DNA of 34,714 nt from NCBI GenBank assembly GCA_903907305.1, contig CAIVNT010000636.1, positions 1-34,714 on the forward strand. Reading direction: 5' to 3'. The notes under the pieces are model-generated. The model worked only from the letters and a program-made list of their open reading frames with translations, searched no databases and was not told the DNA's origin. The translations under genes were made by a program, and so were the position numbers. The stretch comes from an uncultured Ignavibacteriota bacterium (GTDB lineage: Bacteria > Bacteroidota > Ignavibacteria > UBA10030 > UBA8401). Of the stretch, positions 1 through 7,462 are shown in pieces (the first letter of the stretch is position 1; every line of letters starts with the position of its first letter).

Positions 1-465
1 CGTCAGTTCAGAGACGCGCATTCCGGTCGCATAGAGCGTCTCGAGAATTGCACGGTCGCGCCAGACGAACTTCGATGCAGTCTCGGCAGCAGGATTTGCT
101 TCATCGAGGATCTTGTTGATCTCCTCAAGACTCAGCACATCGGGCAGATGTTTTCCTTTTTTGGGAAGTTCGATATTCTGCGTGGGATCGTAGGACGTTT
201 TTTTTTCGCCGATCAAAAATTTATGAAGTCCTTTTACCGCAGATATGTTCCGCGCGATACTTTTGGGCGAGAGTCCCAATTCGCGAAGCAGGCGAATGAA
301 CTTGGAAATGTGTTCCTCTTCCACCGAATCGAATTTTTTAATGCTCAGTGTTTCAAGAAAAATAACGTAGCGGTTGATATCGCGTTCGTATGCTTCAATG
401 GAATTGCCGGCGAGACTTTTTTCGAGCTGGATGAAACGGAAATAGGATTGTTTTTCGAATTTCAT
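1..465 (-). CDS. xerD: Tyrosine site-specific recombinase, XerD/XerC-like (N-terminal ~155 aa; gene runs off the left window edge)
   Basis: Absent from the ORF track because it has no in-window stop. Manual minus-strand translation from ATG 465..463 gives MKFEKQSYFRFIQLEKSLAGNSIEAYERDINRYVIFLETLSIKKFDSVEEEHISKFIRLLRELGLSPKSIARNISAVKGLHKFL...RDRAILETLYATGMRVSELT. This is the SAM-like core-binding domain plus the ETLYATGxRxSEL start of the catalytic domain, as in XerD. The ATG overlaps the upstream stop codon (ATGA). Confidence 0.75.
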   Translation of the reverse strand, partial: MKFEKQSYFRFIQLEKSLAGNSIEAYERDINRYVIFLETLSIKKFDSVEEEHISKFIRLLRELGLSPKSIARNISAVKGLHKFLIGEKKTSYDPTQNIELPKKGKHLPDVLSLEEINKILDEANPAAETASKFVWRDRAILETLYATGMRVSELT

Positions 466-2786
466 TTTAGATCAATATTATCGATGGTGCGTTGAAGGCG
501 TTTTTCCGTCGATTCTTTCAGTGCGGGGGACCGTTTTGAGACAGTTGTTCCCCCGGTATTCACAGCGTTCACAGCCGTCCCGGCTTGATCAGGATATTGA
601 AGGCGTGAATGGTGAACCCCCACCAGTATCTTCATAAAACTCTCTTTGATCTTGTTCAGATCGCGGAGGTTGAGATTACTGTCATCCAGTTGACCGTCCA
701 GCAGGCGCGTTTTCATCAATGATTCAACATTCGCTTCGATCTTCTCGATGGTCGGCTCGACGATGGCGCGCGTCGAGGCTTCGATTCCGTCCGCCAGCAG
801 CACAATTGCCGTCTCTTTTGTGTTCGGTCTCGGTCCGGGATACCGGAAATCATTCTCGTTCACTTCCCCCTTCAATCGTTTCTGGCGCAATGCTTTCTCG
901 TAGAAGAATCCAACATGCATTGTTCCGTGATGCATCGGGATAAAGTCGATCACCGACTGCGGAAGTTTGTACTGCTTTGCAAGATGGAGTCCGTCCTCGA
1001 TATGCGCCGCTATCACCCGCACGCTTTTGCGGGGACTCATGGTCTTATGTTTATTCTCCGTGCCCAATTGATTCTCAACGAACGATTCCGGATTCAACAT
1101 CTTGCCGATATCGTGATAGAGTCCGCCGACACGAGCCAGCGTGGTATTCGCTCCGATCGCTTCCGCTGCGGATTCCGCCATCGTGGCGACGCTGACGCAA
1201 TGATGGAATGAACCGGGAGCTTTATGGGAAAGCTCTTTCAACAACGGATGATTCAGATCGGCAAGATCGACAAGGGTCAATTCCGTGGAAACGCCGAAGA
1301 TCTTTTCAAAGAATATCAAGATGCCGTACGTCAGCACCGGCGACAGAATGGAATTGAACGCCGCCACGAGTAATTGATCCCCGAGAACGGCGATGGACTC
1401 ATACCGTTCCAATCCCAGAGCGATGATCGTGATGGCGTATCCCAGGAAAACATAAATGATGGAACGGAAGATCTGCGTCCGCTTTTTGATATCGCGCACG
1501 GTGTAGATGGCGAAGGCACCGGCGACGAGGGACGACAGTGCGATGGAATAATCATTTCCGCGGATACCGGCCACGAGCAGCGAGAGCACCACCGTGCTGT
1601 AGAATGCGATCCTCGAATCGAAGATGATCGTAAGGATCATTGACACTGCTGGTATGATAATAAGATACCGAAGCGGCAGTTCGGCGGTATTCTGCACCGT
1701 AAGGTATGCGATGAACGAAACAACAAAGAAGAGCAGAGACATGATGAGCAATTTCTTGTTATCATGATAGATCTTCTTGCGGAACAGATACACGTACATC
1801 ACCAGCATCCAGATAATAGAGAAGACGCGCAGCGATTTTCCCGCAAAGGTCACATAGACATTGATTCCGGCTCCCCGTTCTTCTTTTGCTCTCCGCATAG
1901 AATCGATCTTCAGTTTGATCTCTTCGTTCACCCGGTCGCGTTTGGCGATGATCCGTTCTCCTTCGCTCACAGCGCCGGTTGTTCTGGGGACCAGATCGAC
2001 GGCGAACCGCACTTCCCGTTCCGTCTGTTCGCGTTGGTAGATCACGTTCGGTTCCAGGAATGTCAAAGCGATCTTCACCGCGATCGAAACCGTGTCATTC
2101 TCCCCTTTGAATCCTGCAATGAATGTCTGCTGTACTGCTTTCCCCAATTCGAATTTATCCAGCAGACGATTGAGGGGGATAATCTGTTCGGCGGTCTTCT
2201 TCCGTTTTGCGATCAGTTCACCATCACGAAATTGCGATTTCCGAACGTCGACGATTCCCTGCAGATACAATCCGTTCACGACCAGAATTACATCGCGCCG
2301 CAGCTTATCGAAGGAGTATTTCGACAGCTTTCCGGAAGTCTGTCCCTCCACATTTCGGAGAAACCACAGTGTCTTCCACTCGCTGGCATGGAACTGTACA
2401 GGAAAATCGGCAAGTGCGTTTTTGATCTCGGCTTCATCCGTTTTTCTACGGTCGATCACCCTCTGAAGAGTGATAAAGAAATGCTGAAGGGAATCGAGAT
2501 ATTGACCGGAAATATCCGGGTTTTCCTCGAAAACTTTGTAGACCTTTTCAGATGCAAGCTGACGTTCACGCTGATATTCGCGGTCTTCTTTATAGATGGG
2601 GTAGGCGAAAGGCGCATAGAGGTCGTTCTCCGTCCAGACCATTCCGACAGGATAATCCGACTCTACGGCAAGCCCCTGCGGGAACATCAGCGCAGTCAGC
2701 AGAACGATCACGCCAAAGATGGTCCACTTTGCTGCAAGACTGTCCGGTTGACCGAGGGAACGTATGAATTGTGAGATATAGCGCAT
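462..2786 (-). CDS. pgpH: 7TM-HD (HDIG) membrane phosphohydrolase, PgpH/YqfF family (possible cyclic-di-AMP phosphodiesterase)
   Basis: ORF 462..2795. It has a large N-terminal extracytoplasmic region, about 7 hydrophobic helices in the middle, and a C-terminal HD domain (HHCVSVATMAESAA...GGLYHDIGK...IPMHHGT). The track start at 2795 is TTG; the first ATG is 2786..2784 (MRYISQFIRSLG). The family call is solid. The specific substrate is inferred. Confidence 0.8.
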   Translation of the reverse strand: MRYISQFIRSLGQPDSLAAKWTIFGVIVLLTALMFPQGLAVESDYPVGMVWTENDLYAPFAYPIYKEDREYQRERQLASEKVYKVFEENPDISGQYLDSLQHFFITLQRVIDRRKTDEAEIKNALADFPVQFHASEWKTLWFLRNVEGQTSGKLSKYSFDKLRRDVILVVNGLYLQGIVDVRKSQFRDGELIAKRKKTAEQIIPLNRLLDKFELGKAVQQTFIAGFKGENDTVSIAVKIALTFLEPNVIYQREQTEREVRFAVDLVPRTTGAVSEGERIIAKRDRVNEEIKLKIDSMRRAKEERGAGINVYVTFAGKSLRVFSIIWMLVMYVYLFRKKIYHDNKKLLIMSLLFFVVSFIAYLTVQNTAELPLRYLIIIPAVSMILTIIFDSRIAFYSTVVLSLLVAGIRGNDYSIALSSLVAGAFAIYTVRDIKKRTQIFRSIIYVFLGYAITIIALGLERYESIAVLGDQLLVAAFNSILSPVLTYGILIFFEKIFGVSTELTLVDLADLNHPLLKELSHKAPGSFHHCVSVATMAESAAEAIGANTTLARVGGLYHDIGKMLNPESFVENQLGTENKHKTMSPRKSVRVIAAHIEDGLHLAKQYKLPQSVIDFIPMHHGTMHVGFFYEKALRQKRLKGEVNENDFRYPGPRPNTKETAIVLLADGIEASTRAIVEPTIEKIEANVESLMKTRLLDGQLDDSNLNLRDLNKIKESFMKILVGVHHSRLQYPDQAGTAVNAVNTGGTTVSKRSPALKESTEKRLQRTIDNIDLK

Positions 2787-2809
2787 GAAGTTCAAACAAT
2801 AAAAGTATT

Positions 2810-2857
2810 AATCTTGTAATCTAGCAATATTACAAGATTGCAATATTGCTAGATCAA
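2810..2857. promoter_or_regulatory. Two interleaved inverted repeats overlapping a sigma70-like promoter candidate for the pgpH-like gene
   Basis: AATCTTGTAAT (2810-2820) pairs with ATTACAAGATT (2829-2839), 11 bp. ATCTAGCAATATT (2819-2831) pairs with AATATTGCTAGAT (2842-2854), 13 bp. The two stems share 2819-2831, so they exclude each other. GCAATATTGC (2840-2849) is itself palindromic. On the minus strand, TTGATC (2857..2852), a 17-nt spacer and TGTAAT (2834..2829) resemble -35/-10 boxes about 45 nt upstream of ATG 2786. Confidence 0.4.
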
Positions 2858-2939
2858 TTTATCGCTGTTTTATTGTATTACGTCAATATCAAAAGAAAAA
2901 GGAAGAGAGGCAAGAAACGCAGATGAGACCGATTGTTCG

Positions 2940-2968
2940 TTGAAAACCGTCCAGTCATTCGTTATATT
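2940..2968 (+). promoter_or_regulatory. Candidate sigma70-type promoter for rsmA-mgtE
   Basis: TTGAAA (2940-2945), an exactly 17-nt spacer, then TATATT (2963-2968), about 48 nt upstream of the rsmA ATG at 3016. This is a sequence match only. The promoter consensus for this lineage is not known to me. Confidence 0.35.
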
Positions 2969-3015
2969 CATACACTCTGTTTATTTCTCTGTTCCTTCTG
3001 TTCATTGGAAAACCT

Positions 3016-3840
3016 ATGATGCATCGTGCTAAAAGATCCCTCGGCCAAAATTTCCTTCAAGACCCCAATGTGGCACAAAAGATCGTGCGCGTTTTCGACG
3101 CGAAGCCGGACGAAGCCGTGGTGGAGATCGGACCGGGGAAAGGCGCGTTGACAGCATTGTTACTTCAATCCATCCCCCATTGCACTGTGATCGAACTGGA
3201 CAATGAACTCGCACCGTTCCTGCAGGAGCAGTTCGGCGAAAAGATCACCGTCATCCATAACGATATCCTCAGCGTTTCACTGACAGAATTACGAGAACAA
3301 CTCGGCAAACCGATCCGCTTGCTTGGGAACATTCCTTACAATATTACGACACCGATCCTGTTCCACGTCGTCGATTCCCTGCCGGCGGTGAAGGATTTTA
3401 TGGTGATGATGCAGACCGAAGTGGCACAGCGTATCGTAGCAAAACCGCGCACAAAAGAATACGGGATCCTCTCTATATTACTCCAGTATTTCAGCACGCC
3501 AAAGATGCAGTTCCAAGTCTCCAAAAATTCATTCTTCCCCATTCCCAATGTCTCATCGGCTATAGTCCATTTGGATTTTGAGAAACCGTTCCCAAACAGA
3601 GCACAGAATGAAGCACTCTTCCGCAAGATCGTCCGCGGAACATTCGGCAAACGGCGTAAAACACTCCGGAACGGACTGAAGGGATTGGACGTGCCCGTAA
3701 CGGAATTCGAGAAATTATCCGTGGATCTGGAACTGCGTCCAGAAGAACTTTCGGTCGCGGATTTCGTCCAACTCAGCAATGAATTGATCCATTGCGCACC
3801 GCAAATCCTCAACACGGCAACGGAGGAAGTTGATGGCTGA
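3016..3840 (+). CDS. rsmA: 16S rRNA (adenine1518/1519-N6)-dimethyltransferase RsmA/KsgA
   Basis: 274 aa. The N-terminus KRSLGQNFLQDPNVAQKIV and the SAM-binding VVEIGPGKGALT, followed by GNIPYNITTPIL, are the classic KsgA/Erm-family motifs. Confidence 0.93.
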   Translation: MMHRAKRSLGQNFLQDPNVAQKIVRVFDAKPDEAVVEIGPGKGALTALLLQSIPHCTVIELDNELAPFLQEQFGEKITVIHNDILSVSLTELREQLGKPIRLLGNIPYNITTPILFHVVDSLPAVKDFMVMMQTEVAQRIVAKPRTKEYGILSILLQYFSTPKMQFQVSKNSFFPIPNVSSAIVHLDFEKPFPNRAQNEALFRKIVRGTFGKRRKTLRNGLKGLDVPVTEFEKLSVDLELRPEELSVADFVQLSNELIHCAPQILNTATEEVDG

Positions 3841-5221
3841 AATCAATTACACATCTCAGGAACTGATCGAAGTGGATGACGAACTGCTGGAGGATCTCCG
3901 CGATCTCATCCGTTCCAAGTCAGACCTTCTGATCAGGAACATCATCAACGATCTCTACCCGAATGATATTGCGCATATCATCAACCGGCTGGAGTTCGAA
4001 GAGGGTGATTATCTCTTCACGATCCTCACTACTGAGGATCAGGGAAAGGTGATCGTTGAAGTGGACGAGGATCACCGCGAACATTTCCTGCAGACACTGC
4101 AGAGCGCGCAGATCTCCGACATTGTTGAAGAATTGCCGTCCGACGAAGCGACCGATATCGTCTCCGAACTTTCCGAAGAGAAAGCGGAAGAAGTGCTGGA
4201 TGATCTGAGCGCCGAAGATTCACAGGATCTGAAAGAACTTCTGCAATATGATGAGAATACCGCCGGCGGTATCATGCAGAAGGAGATCATCACCGTGCGT
4301 CATAAGGACACGGTGAAGAAAGCGATCCAATCCGTCCGCCGCGCCGCAAAAGAAGAGGGACATCAGCAGTTCTATCACGTCTATTGTGTGGACGACGATG
4401 ATAAACTCGTCGGTTCGCTTTCCATTTCCAACCTGATCCTTCTCTCTCCTGCGCGCCGTATCTACAAAGTGATGGAGACGGATATCATCAGTGTGAAAAC
4501 GGATGTAGACCAGGAGGAAGTAGCGAACATCTTCAAAAAATACAACCTTGTCGCCGCGCCGGTGATCGATTTCTCCGGACGCGTTGTCGGACGCATCACC
4601 ATTGACGACGTTGTGGACGTCATCACCGAAGAGGCATCCGAGGATATTCTGCGTTTAGGCGGCGTCGGTGAAGATGAACATATCTCCACCCCACCGTTTA
4701 TTGCTTTAAGAAGAAGACTTCCGTGGCTGTATGTGAATCTGCTCACCGCATTCCTTGCCGCATCCGTCGTTGGACTATTCCAGCACACCATTGAAAAAGT
4801 GGTGATCCTCGCCGCGCTCATGCCGATCGTTGCCGGTATGGGAGGGAATGCCGCGACACAGACCATCACGGTGCTGGTCCGCGGAATTGCGCTTGGAGAA
4901 GTGAACTCTTCCAATCAGATGCGCGTGCTGCGGAAGGAATTACAGATCGGACTGATGAACGGATTCGCAAACGGCTTGCTCACCGGAACAGTGATCGCCA
5001 TTTTCAGCGGAATACCAATGCTCGGTGTGGTGATCTGTCTTGCTATGATCACAAACATGTTCGTTGCGGGGGGCGCCGGAACGATCATCCCGCTCACATT
5101 GAAATGGATCAAGGTCGATCCGGCGCTCGCTTCGGCGGTGCTGGTAACGACATTCACCGATGTGTTCGGATTCGCTTCGTTCCTTGGTCTTGCCACATTA
5201 TTCATCTCACTGCTGATGTAA
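3833..5221 (+). CDS. mgtE: Magnesium transporter MgtE
   Basis: Acidic N-terminal MgtE_N-like region, tandem CBS-like region, and a C-terminal 5-TM domain (PIVAGMGGNAATQT...FTDVFGFASFLGLA). The track start at 3830 is TTG. ATG 3833 is preceded by GGAGGA (3822-3827). It overlaps the rsmA stop by 8 nt. Confidence 0.9.
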   Translation: MAEINYTSQELIEVDDELLEDLRDLIRSKSDLLIRNIINDLYPNDIAHIINRLEFEEGDYLFTILTTEDQGKVIVEVDEDHREHFLQTLQSAQISDIVEELPSDEATDIVSELSEEKAEEVLDDLSAEDSQDLKELLQYDENTAGGIMQKEIITVRHKDTVKKAIQSVRRAAKEEGHQQFYHVYCVDDDDKLVGSLSISNLILLSPARRIYKVMETDIISVKTDVDQEEVANIFKKYNLVAAPVIDFSGRVVGRITIDDVVDVITEEASEDILRLGGVGEDEHISTPPFIALRRRLPWLYVNLLTAFLAASVVGLFQHTIEKVVILAALMPIVAGMGGNAATQTITVLVRGIALGEVNSSNQMRVLRKELQIGLMNGFANGLLTGTVIAIFSGIPMLGVVICLAMITNMFVAGGAGTIIPLTLKWIKVDPALASAVLVTTFTDVFGFASFLGLATLFISLLM

Positions 5222-5225
5222 GCAC

Positions 5226-6149
5226 ATGAAACGATTCGCCTTCCTCCGCTCAGCCGACGTTGTTACACTCGCATTCGTTTCCGCACTCATTGTTGTGGAG
5301 ATGATCTATTATCCGGTGATCGAGCGGGCGAACAGTTTTATCCTCATGAATGCCGTGTTCTGCACCGCGATCTTCTTCAGTGCGCGGTACACTGCCCGCG
5401 CGAAGAACGGCAACTATGCGGTCATCTTCTTCCGGGACTGGTATCTCTACGGGGGGATTCTCTTTATCTACATGCAGGCGTCAACCATCGCGTATCCGAT
5501 CCACGGACGGGATTTCGATGAGACACTGATCATGTTCGACAGGATGATCTTCGGTGGAGACCCGACACACTGGATCCACCGGTTCGCGCATCCTGTCATC
5601 ACGGAGATCCTGCAGATCGCGTATTCTTCATATTATCTTTACTACATCGCATTGTTCACCGAATTGTACCGGCGCGGTGACAGGACAGAATTCCAATCCG
5701 GCGGCATGCTAGTGGTCTACGCTTTCTATTTATCCTACATCGGCTACCTGCTCGTCCCCGCGATCGGTCCCAGATTTACGCTCCATGATTTTTCAATGAC
5801 GGATGTGGAACTCCCCGGACTCTTCCTAACGAAATATCTGCGGATGTTCATCAACTCCGGCGGCGGTGTTCCTGAGAACGGATTGAATCCGGTCTTGTAT
5901 GTGAATCGCGACACGTTCCCGAGCGGTCATACCGAATTGACACTGATGGCGATGTATCTTGCGTTCACGCTGAAGGCAAAGATCCGCTGGTTCCTGCTGA
6001 TGGTCGGTACATTGCTGATCATTTCGACCGTTTATATGCGGTATCATTACCTAGTGGATGTGATGGCGGGAATGCTGATGTTCCTCTTTGCAGTCTGGAG
6101 CGGGAAAAAGATCGAACGGTGGTGGAATGAAGGAATTAAGAATGTTTAA
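5226..6149 (+). CDS. PAP2-superfamily integral membrane protein (phosphatase / phosphotransferase-like)
   Basis: 307 aa and polytopic. It has the PAP2 C2/C3-like motifs FPSGHT and MRYHYLVDVMAG. It starts 4 nt after the mgtE stop. The substrate is unknown. Confidence 0.6.
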   Translation: MKRFAFLRSADVVTLAFVSALIVVEMIYYPVIERANSFILMNAVFCTAIFFSARYTARAKNGNYAVIFFRDWYLYGGILFIYMQASTIAYPIHGRDFDETLIMFDRMIFGGDPTHWIHRFAHPVITEILQIAYSSYYLYYIALFTELYRRGDRTEFQSGGMLVVYAFYLSYIGYLLVPAIGPRFTLHDFSMTDVELPGLFLTKYLRMFINSGGGVPENGLNPVLYVNRDTFPSGHTELTLMAMYLAFTLKAKIRWFLLMVGTLLIISTVYMRYHYLVDVMAGMLMFLFAVWSGKKIERWWNEGIKNV

Positions 6150-6202
6150 TGAAAACATCTTGCCAGACCGCCATTTTTTTTTTATATTTGTATGCTAAAT
6201 AA

Positions 6203-6232
6203 GCCATCCTGATAATTTCGGATGGTTTTTTG
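6203..6232 (+). terminator. Putative intrinsic terminator after the PAP2 gene
   Basis: CCATCC (6204-6209) pairs with GGATGG (6220-6225), with a 10-nt loop, followed by TTTTTT (6226-6231). The stem is short, so this is moderate evidence only. Confidence 0.45.
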
Positions 6233-6265
6233 TTCTATATCAAGGCGTTTTTGTTCTTTTTTTAT

Positions 6266-6343
6266 GGTGTCCATAGTTCAGTCGGTTAGAACGCCAGGAT
6301 GTGGCCCTGGAGGTCGTGGGTTCAAATCCCACTGGTCACCCCA
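6266..6343 (+). tRNA. tRNA-His (anticodon GTG), with encoded G-1 and 3' CCA
   Basis: GGTGTCCATAGTTCAGTCGGTTAGAACGCCAGGATGTGGCCCTGGAGGTCGTGGGTTCAAATCCCACTGGTCACCCCA folds as a cloverleaf. Anticodon stem CCAGG/CCTGG, loop ATGTGGC, T-arm GTGGG-TTCAAAT-CCCAC. The extra 5' G opposite discriminator C is typical of tRNA-His. There is one T-T mismatch in the acceptor stem. Confidence 0.9.
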
Positions 6344-6379
6344 AAGAAATTGTGGAATTGAAAAATTTTACAATTAACT

Positions 6380-6451
6380 GCTCCCATCGTCTAGGGGTTA
6401 GGACACGAGCTTTTCAAGCTTGCGACACGGGTTCGATTCCCGTTGGGAGTA
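6380..6451 (+). tRNA. tRNA-Glu (anticodon TTC), no encoded CCA
   Basis: GCTCCCATCGTCTAGGGGTTAGGACACGAGCTTTTCAAGCTTGCGACACGGGTTCGATTCCCGTTGGGAGTA. D-arm GTCTAGGGGTTAGGAC as in bacterial tRNA-Glu, anticodon stem CGAGC/GCTTG, loop TTTTCAA, T-arm ACGGG-TTCGATT-CCCGT. Confidence 0.9.
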
Positions 6452-6458
6452 CAACAAC

Positions 6459-6493
6459 AAAATCCTGTTCGAAAGAGCGGGATTTGCTGTTTT
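6459..6493 (+). terminator. Intrinsic terminator of the tRNA-His/tRNA-Glu unit
   Basis: AAATCCTGTTC-GAAA-GAGCGGGATTT forms an ~11-bp stem (with G-U pairs) capped by a GAAA tetraloop, followed by GCTGTTTT. Confidence 0.7.
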
Positions 6494-6523
6494 AAACCAA
6501 TAGTTTTTCACGTATACATAATT

Positions 6524-6737
6524 GCATCGAGCTTTTCAATTCCCGAAGGTCCGAAAGACTTTTCGAGGATCCCGTTGGGACTTGCGACACGTCCCGCTAC
6601 GAGATAATCAATTTGCGGGATTTCGTAATTTGAAAAAAATCCACGGCTTAAGGTTCCCCACCTGCCCTAAAAAGATTTGTAATGGCGGGCAGGGATTCCC
6701 GTGGCGAAGACATATCCTCGGCATCGGGAGTACAAAA
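6524..6737 (+). pseudogene. Degenerate tRNA-Glu-derived segment (3'-half fragments with insertions); possibly a structured RNA
   Basis: Exact matches to tRNA-Glu pieces: CGAGCTTTTCAA (6528-6539 = 6406-6417), CCCGTTGGGA (6571-6580 = 6439-6448), CTTGCGACACG (6581-6591 = 6419-6429), GATTCCCGT (6694-6702 = 6435-6443), GGGAGTACA (6726-6734 = 6445-6453). No acceptor 5' strand or D-arm is present. There are nested helices: 6564-6570/6714-6720, 6641-6646/6699-6704 and 6661-6667/6687-6693. Confidence 0.4.
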
Positions 6738-6770
6738 AAAATCCTGCTGAATGGCAGGATTTGTTGTTTT
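6733..6770. terminator. Bidirectional intrinsic terminator (ends the tRNA-derived segment on + and the HIT gene / long operon on -)
   Basis: AAATCCTGC (6739-6747) pairs with GCAGGATTT (6754-6762), with a 6-nt loop. It is flanked by an A-run (6733-6741) and GTTGTTTT (6763-6770), so a U-tract follows the hairpin on both strands. It is about 80 percent identical to the terminator at 6459-6493. Confidence 0.7.
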
Positions 6771-6835
6771 AAATCACTTGGTCTTTTCACCATTTGGTGC
6801 AAACACTATAGGACCTTAATATTTGCCCGAAAAGA

Positions 6836-7270
6836 TCAGTCCTGCAGTTGTAAGCGTATCGCTTCGATCACTTCTGTATACTTTTCATCTGTAAGGTAAT
6901 TCCTGGTCTCTGGCATCATATCGAACGTGCTTCCCCATTTCGGAGCGGACTCGTACTTCGGCACGATATGGAAATGCACATGCGGCATCTTGTCTCCGTA
7001 CGCACCATAATTTATTTTTTGGGGAGAGAACGCAGTGTGGACCGCTGAGGCGACACGCGAAACATCGCGGATAAATGCATTCCTTTCTTCGTCGGAAAGT
7101 TCAAACAATTCGTTCCTGTGTCCTCTGTTGAAAGCAACAACACATCGGCCGTGATACGTCTGTTCTTTGAACAAATATACTTTGGACATCTCCAATTCAC
7201 ATATCGGGATCATCAGGTCGGTCAATCGGTTGTCGTTGGAACAATACATGCAGGGGTTTGCGGAATTCAT
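6836..7270 (-). CDS. HIT (histidine triad) family protein
   Basis: The histidine triad HVHFHIVP and an N-terminal CMYC motif are typical of HIT proteins. The track ORF starts at TTG 7312. ATG 7270 (MNSANPCMYCS...) is preceded by GGAAGGA and is the more likely start (144 aa). Confidence 0.75.
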   Translation of the reverse strand: MNSANPCMYCSNDNRLTDLMIPICELEMSKVYLFKEQTYHGRCVVAFNRGHRNELFELSDEERNAFIRDVSRVASAVHTAFSPQKINYGAYGDKMPHVHFHIVPKYESAPKWGSTFDMMPETRNYLTDEKYTEVIEAIRLQLQD

Positions 7271-7462
7271 TGTGGTCCTTCCATACATTAATTGAAACTT
7301 CTGATACACCAAAAATTGATCGCTTGCAAAGCCTCAAAGGGGCGGGTCGCTAAGACGCAAAACATATTAAAGATTTATACATTAGCACTCTGCGACTTTG
7401 CGAGCCGTTTTTCCGATGATTCTGATGCTTATTAACCTTGTCCTTTCAATGAATGGTGCTAT

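Noticed and set aside
1-465. XerD-like gene as the integrase of a mobile element or genomic island
   Set aside because: The sequence looks like housekeeping XerD and is translationally coupled to a housekeeping gene. No flanking repeats, IS or phage genes are visible in the window.
148-495. 115-aa plus-strand ORF at the left edge
   Set aside because: The opposite strand over the same bases translates into a clean XerD-like N-terminal domain. The plus-strand product is Phe/Arg-rich with no recognisable motif.
1764-2774. 336-aa plus-strand ORF, plus the shorter ORFs at 719-2767
   Set aside because: They are entirely antisense to the conserved 7TM-HD gene. There are no motifs, and the composition is that of a shadow ORF.
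6183-6190. TATATTTG (Bacteroidota -7-like box) downstream of the PAP2 gene, considered as a tRNA-operon promoter
   Set aside because: It lies upstream of the putative terminator hairpin at 6204-6225 and lacks a well-placed TTTG -33 element. It is too weak to call.
6524-6737. Possibility that the segment is an intron-containing tRNA (group I intron), tmRNA, RNase P RNA, SRP RNA or 6S RNA
   Set aside because: There is no matching 5' acceptor strand or D-arm upstream. I could not find the hallmark sequences I know, namely the RNase P GGAAAGTCCGG-type core, the tmRNA GGGG 5' end with a TTCGA T-arm and CCA, or the SRP GGAA/AGCA domain. Only an Rfam scan could settle this.
6788-6799. CACCA-TT-TGGTG palindrome resembling CACCAA-T-TTGGTG (10464-10476) and CACCT-T-AGGTG (10399-10409), considered as a shared operator for the hexuronate genes
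   Set aside because: The arms are only 5-6 bp, the spacer lengths differ, and the 6788 site lies downstream of the last gene. No cognate regulator is visible. Chance occurrence cannot be excluded without a genome-wide motif search.
6301-6899. ORFs 6301..6495 (+), 6522..6899 (+) and 6608..6802 (-)
   Set aside because: They run through tRNA-His/tRNA-Glu, two terminators and the tRNA-derived segment. They have no SD and no motifs. The region is better explained as RNA genes or structure.
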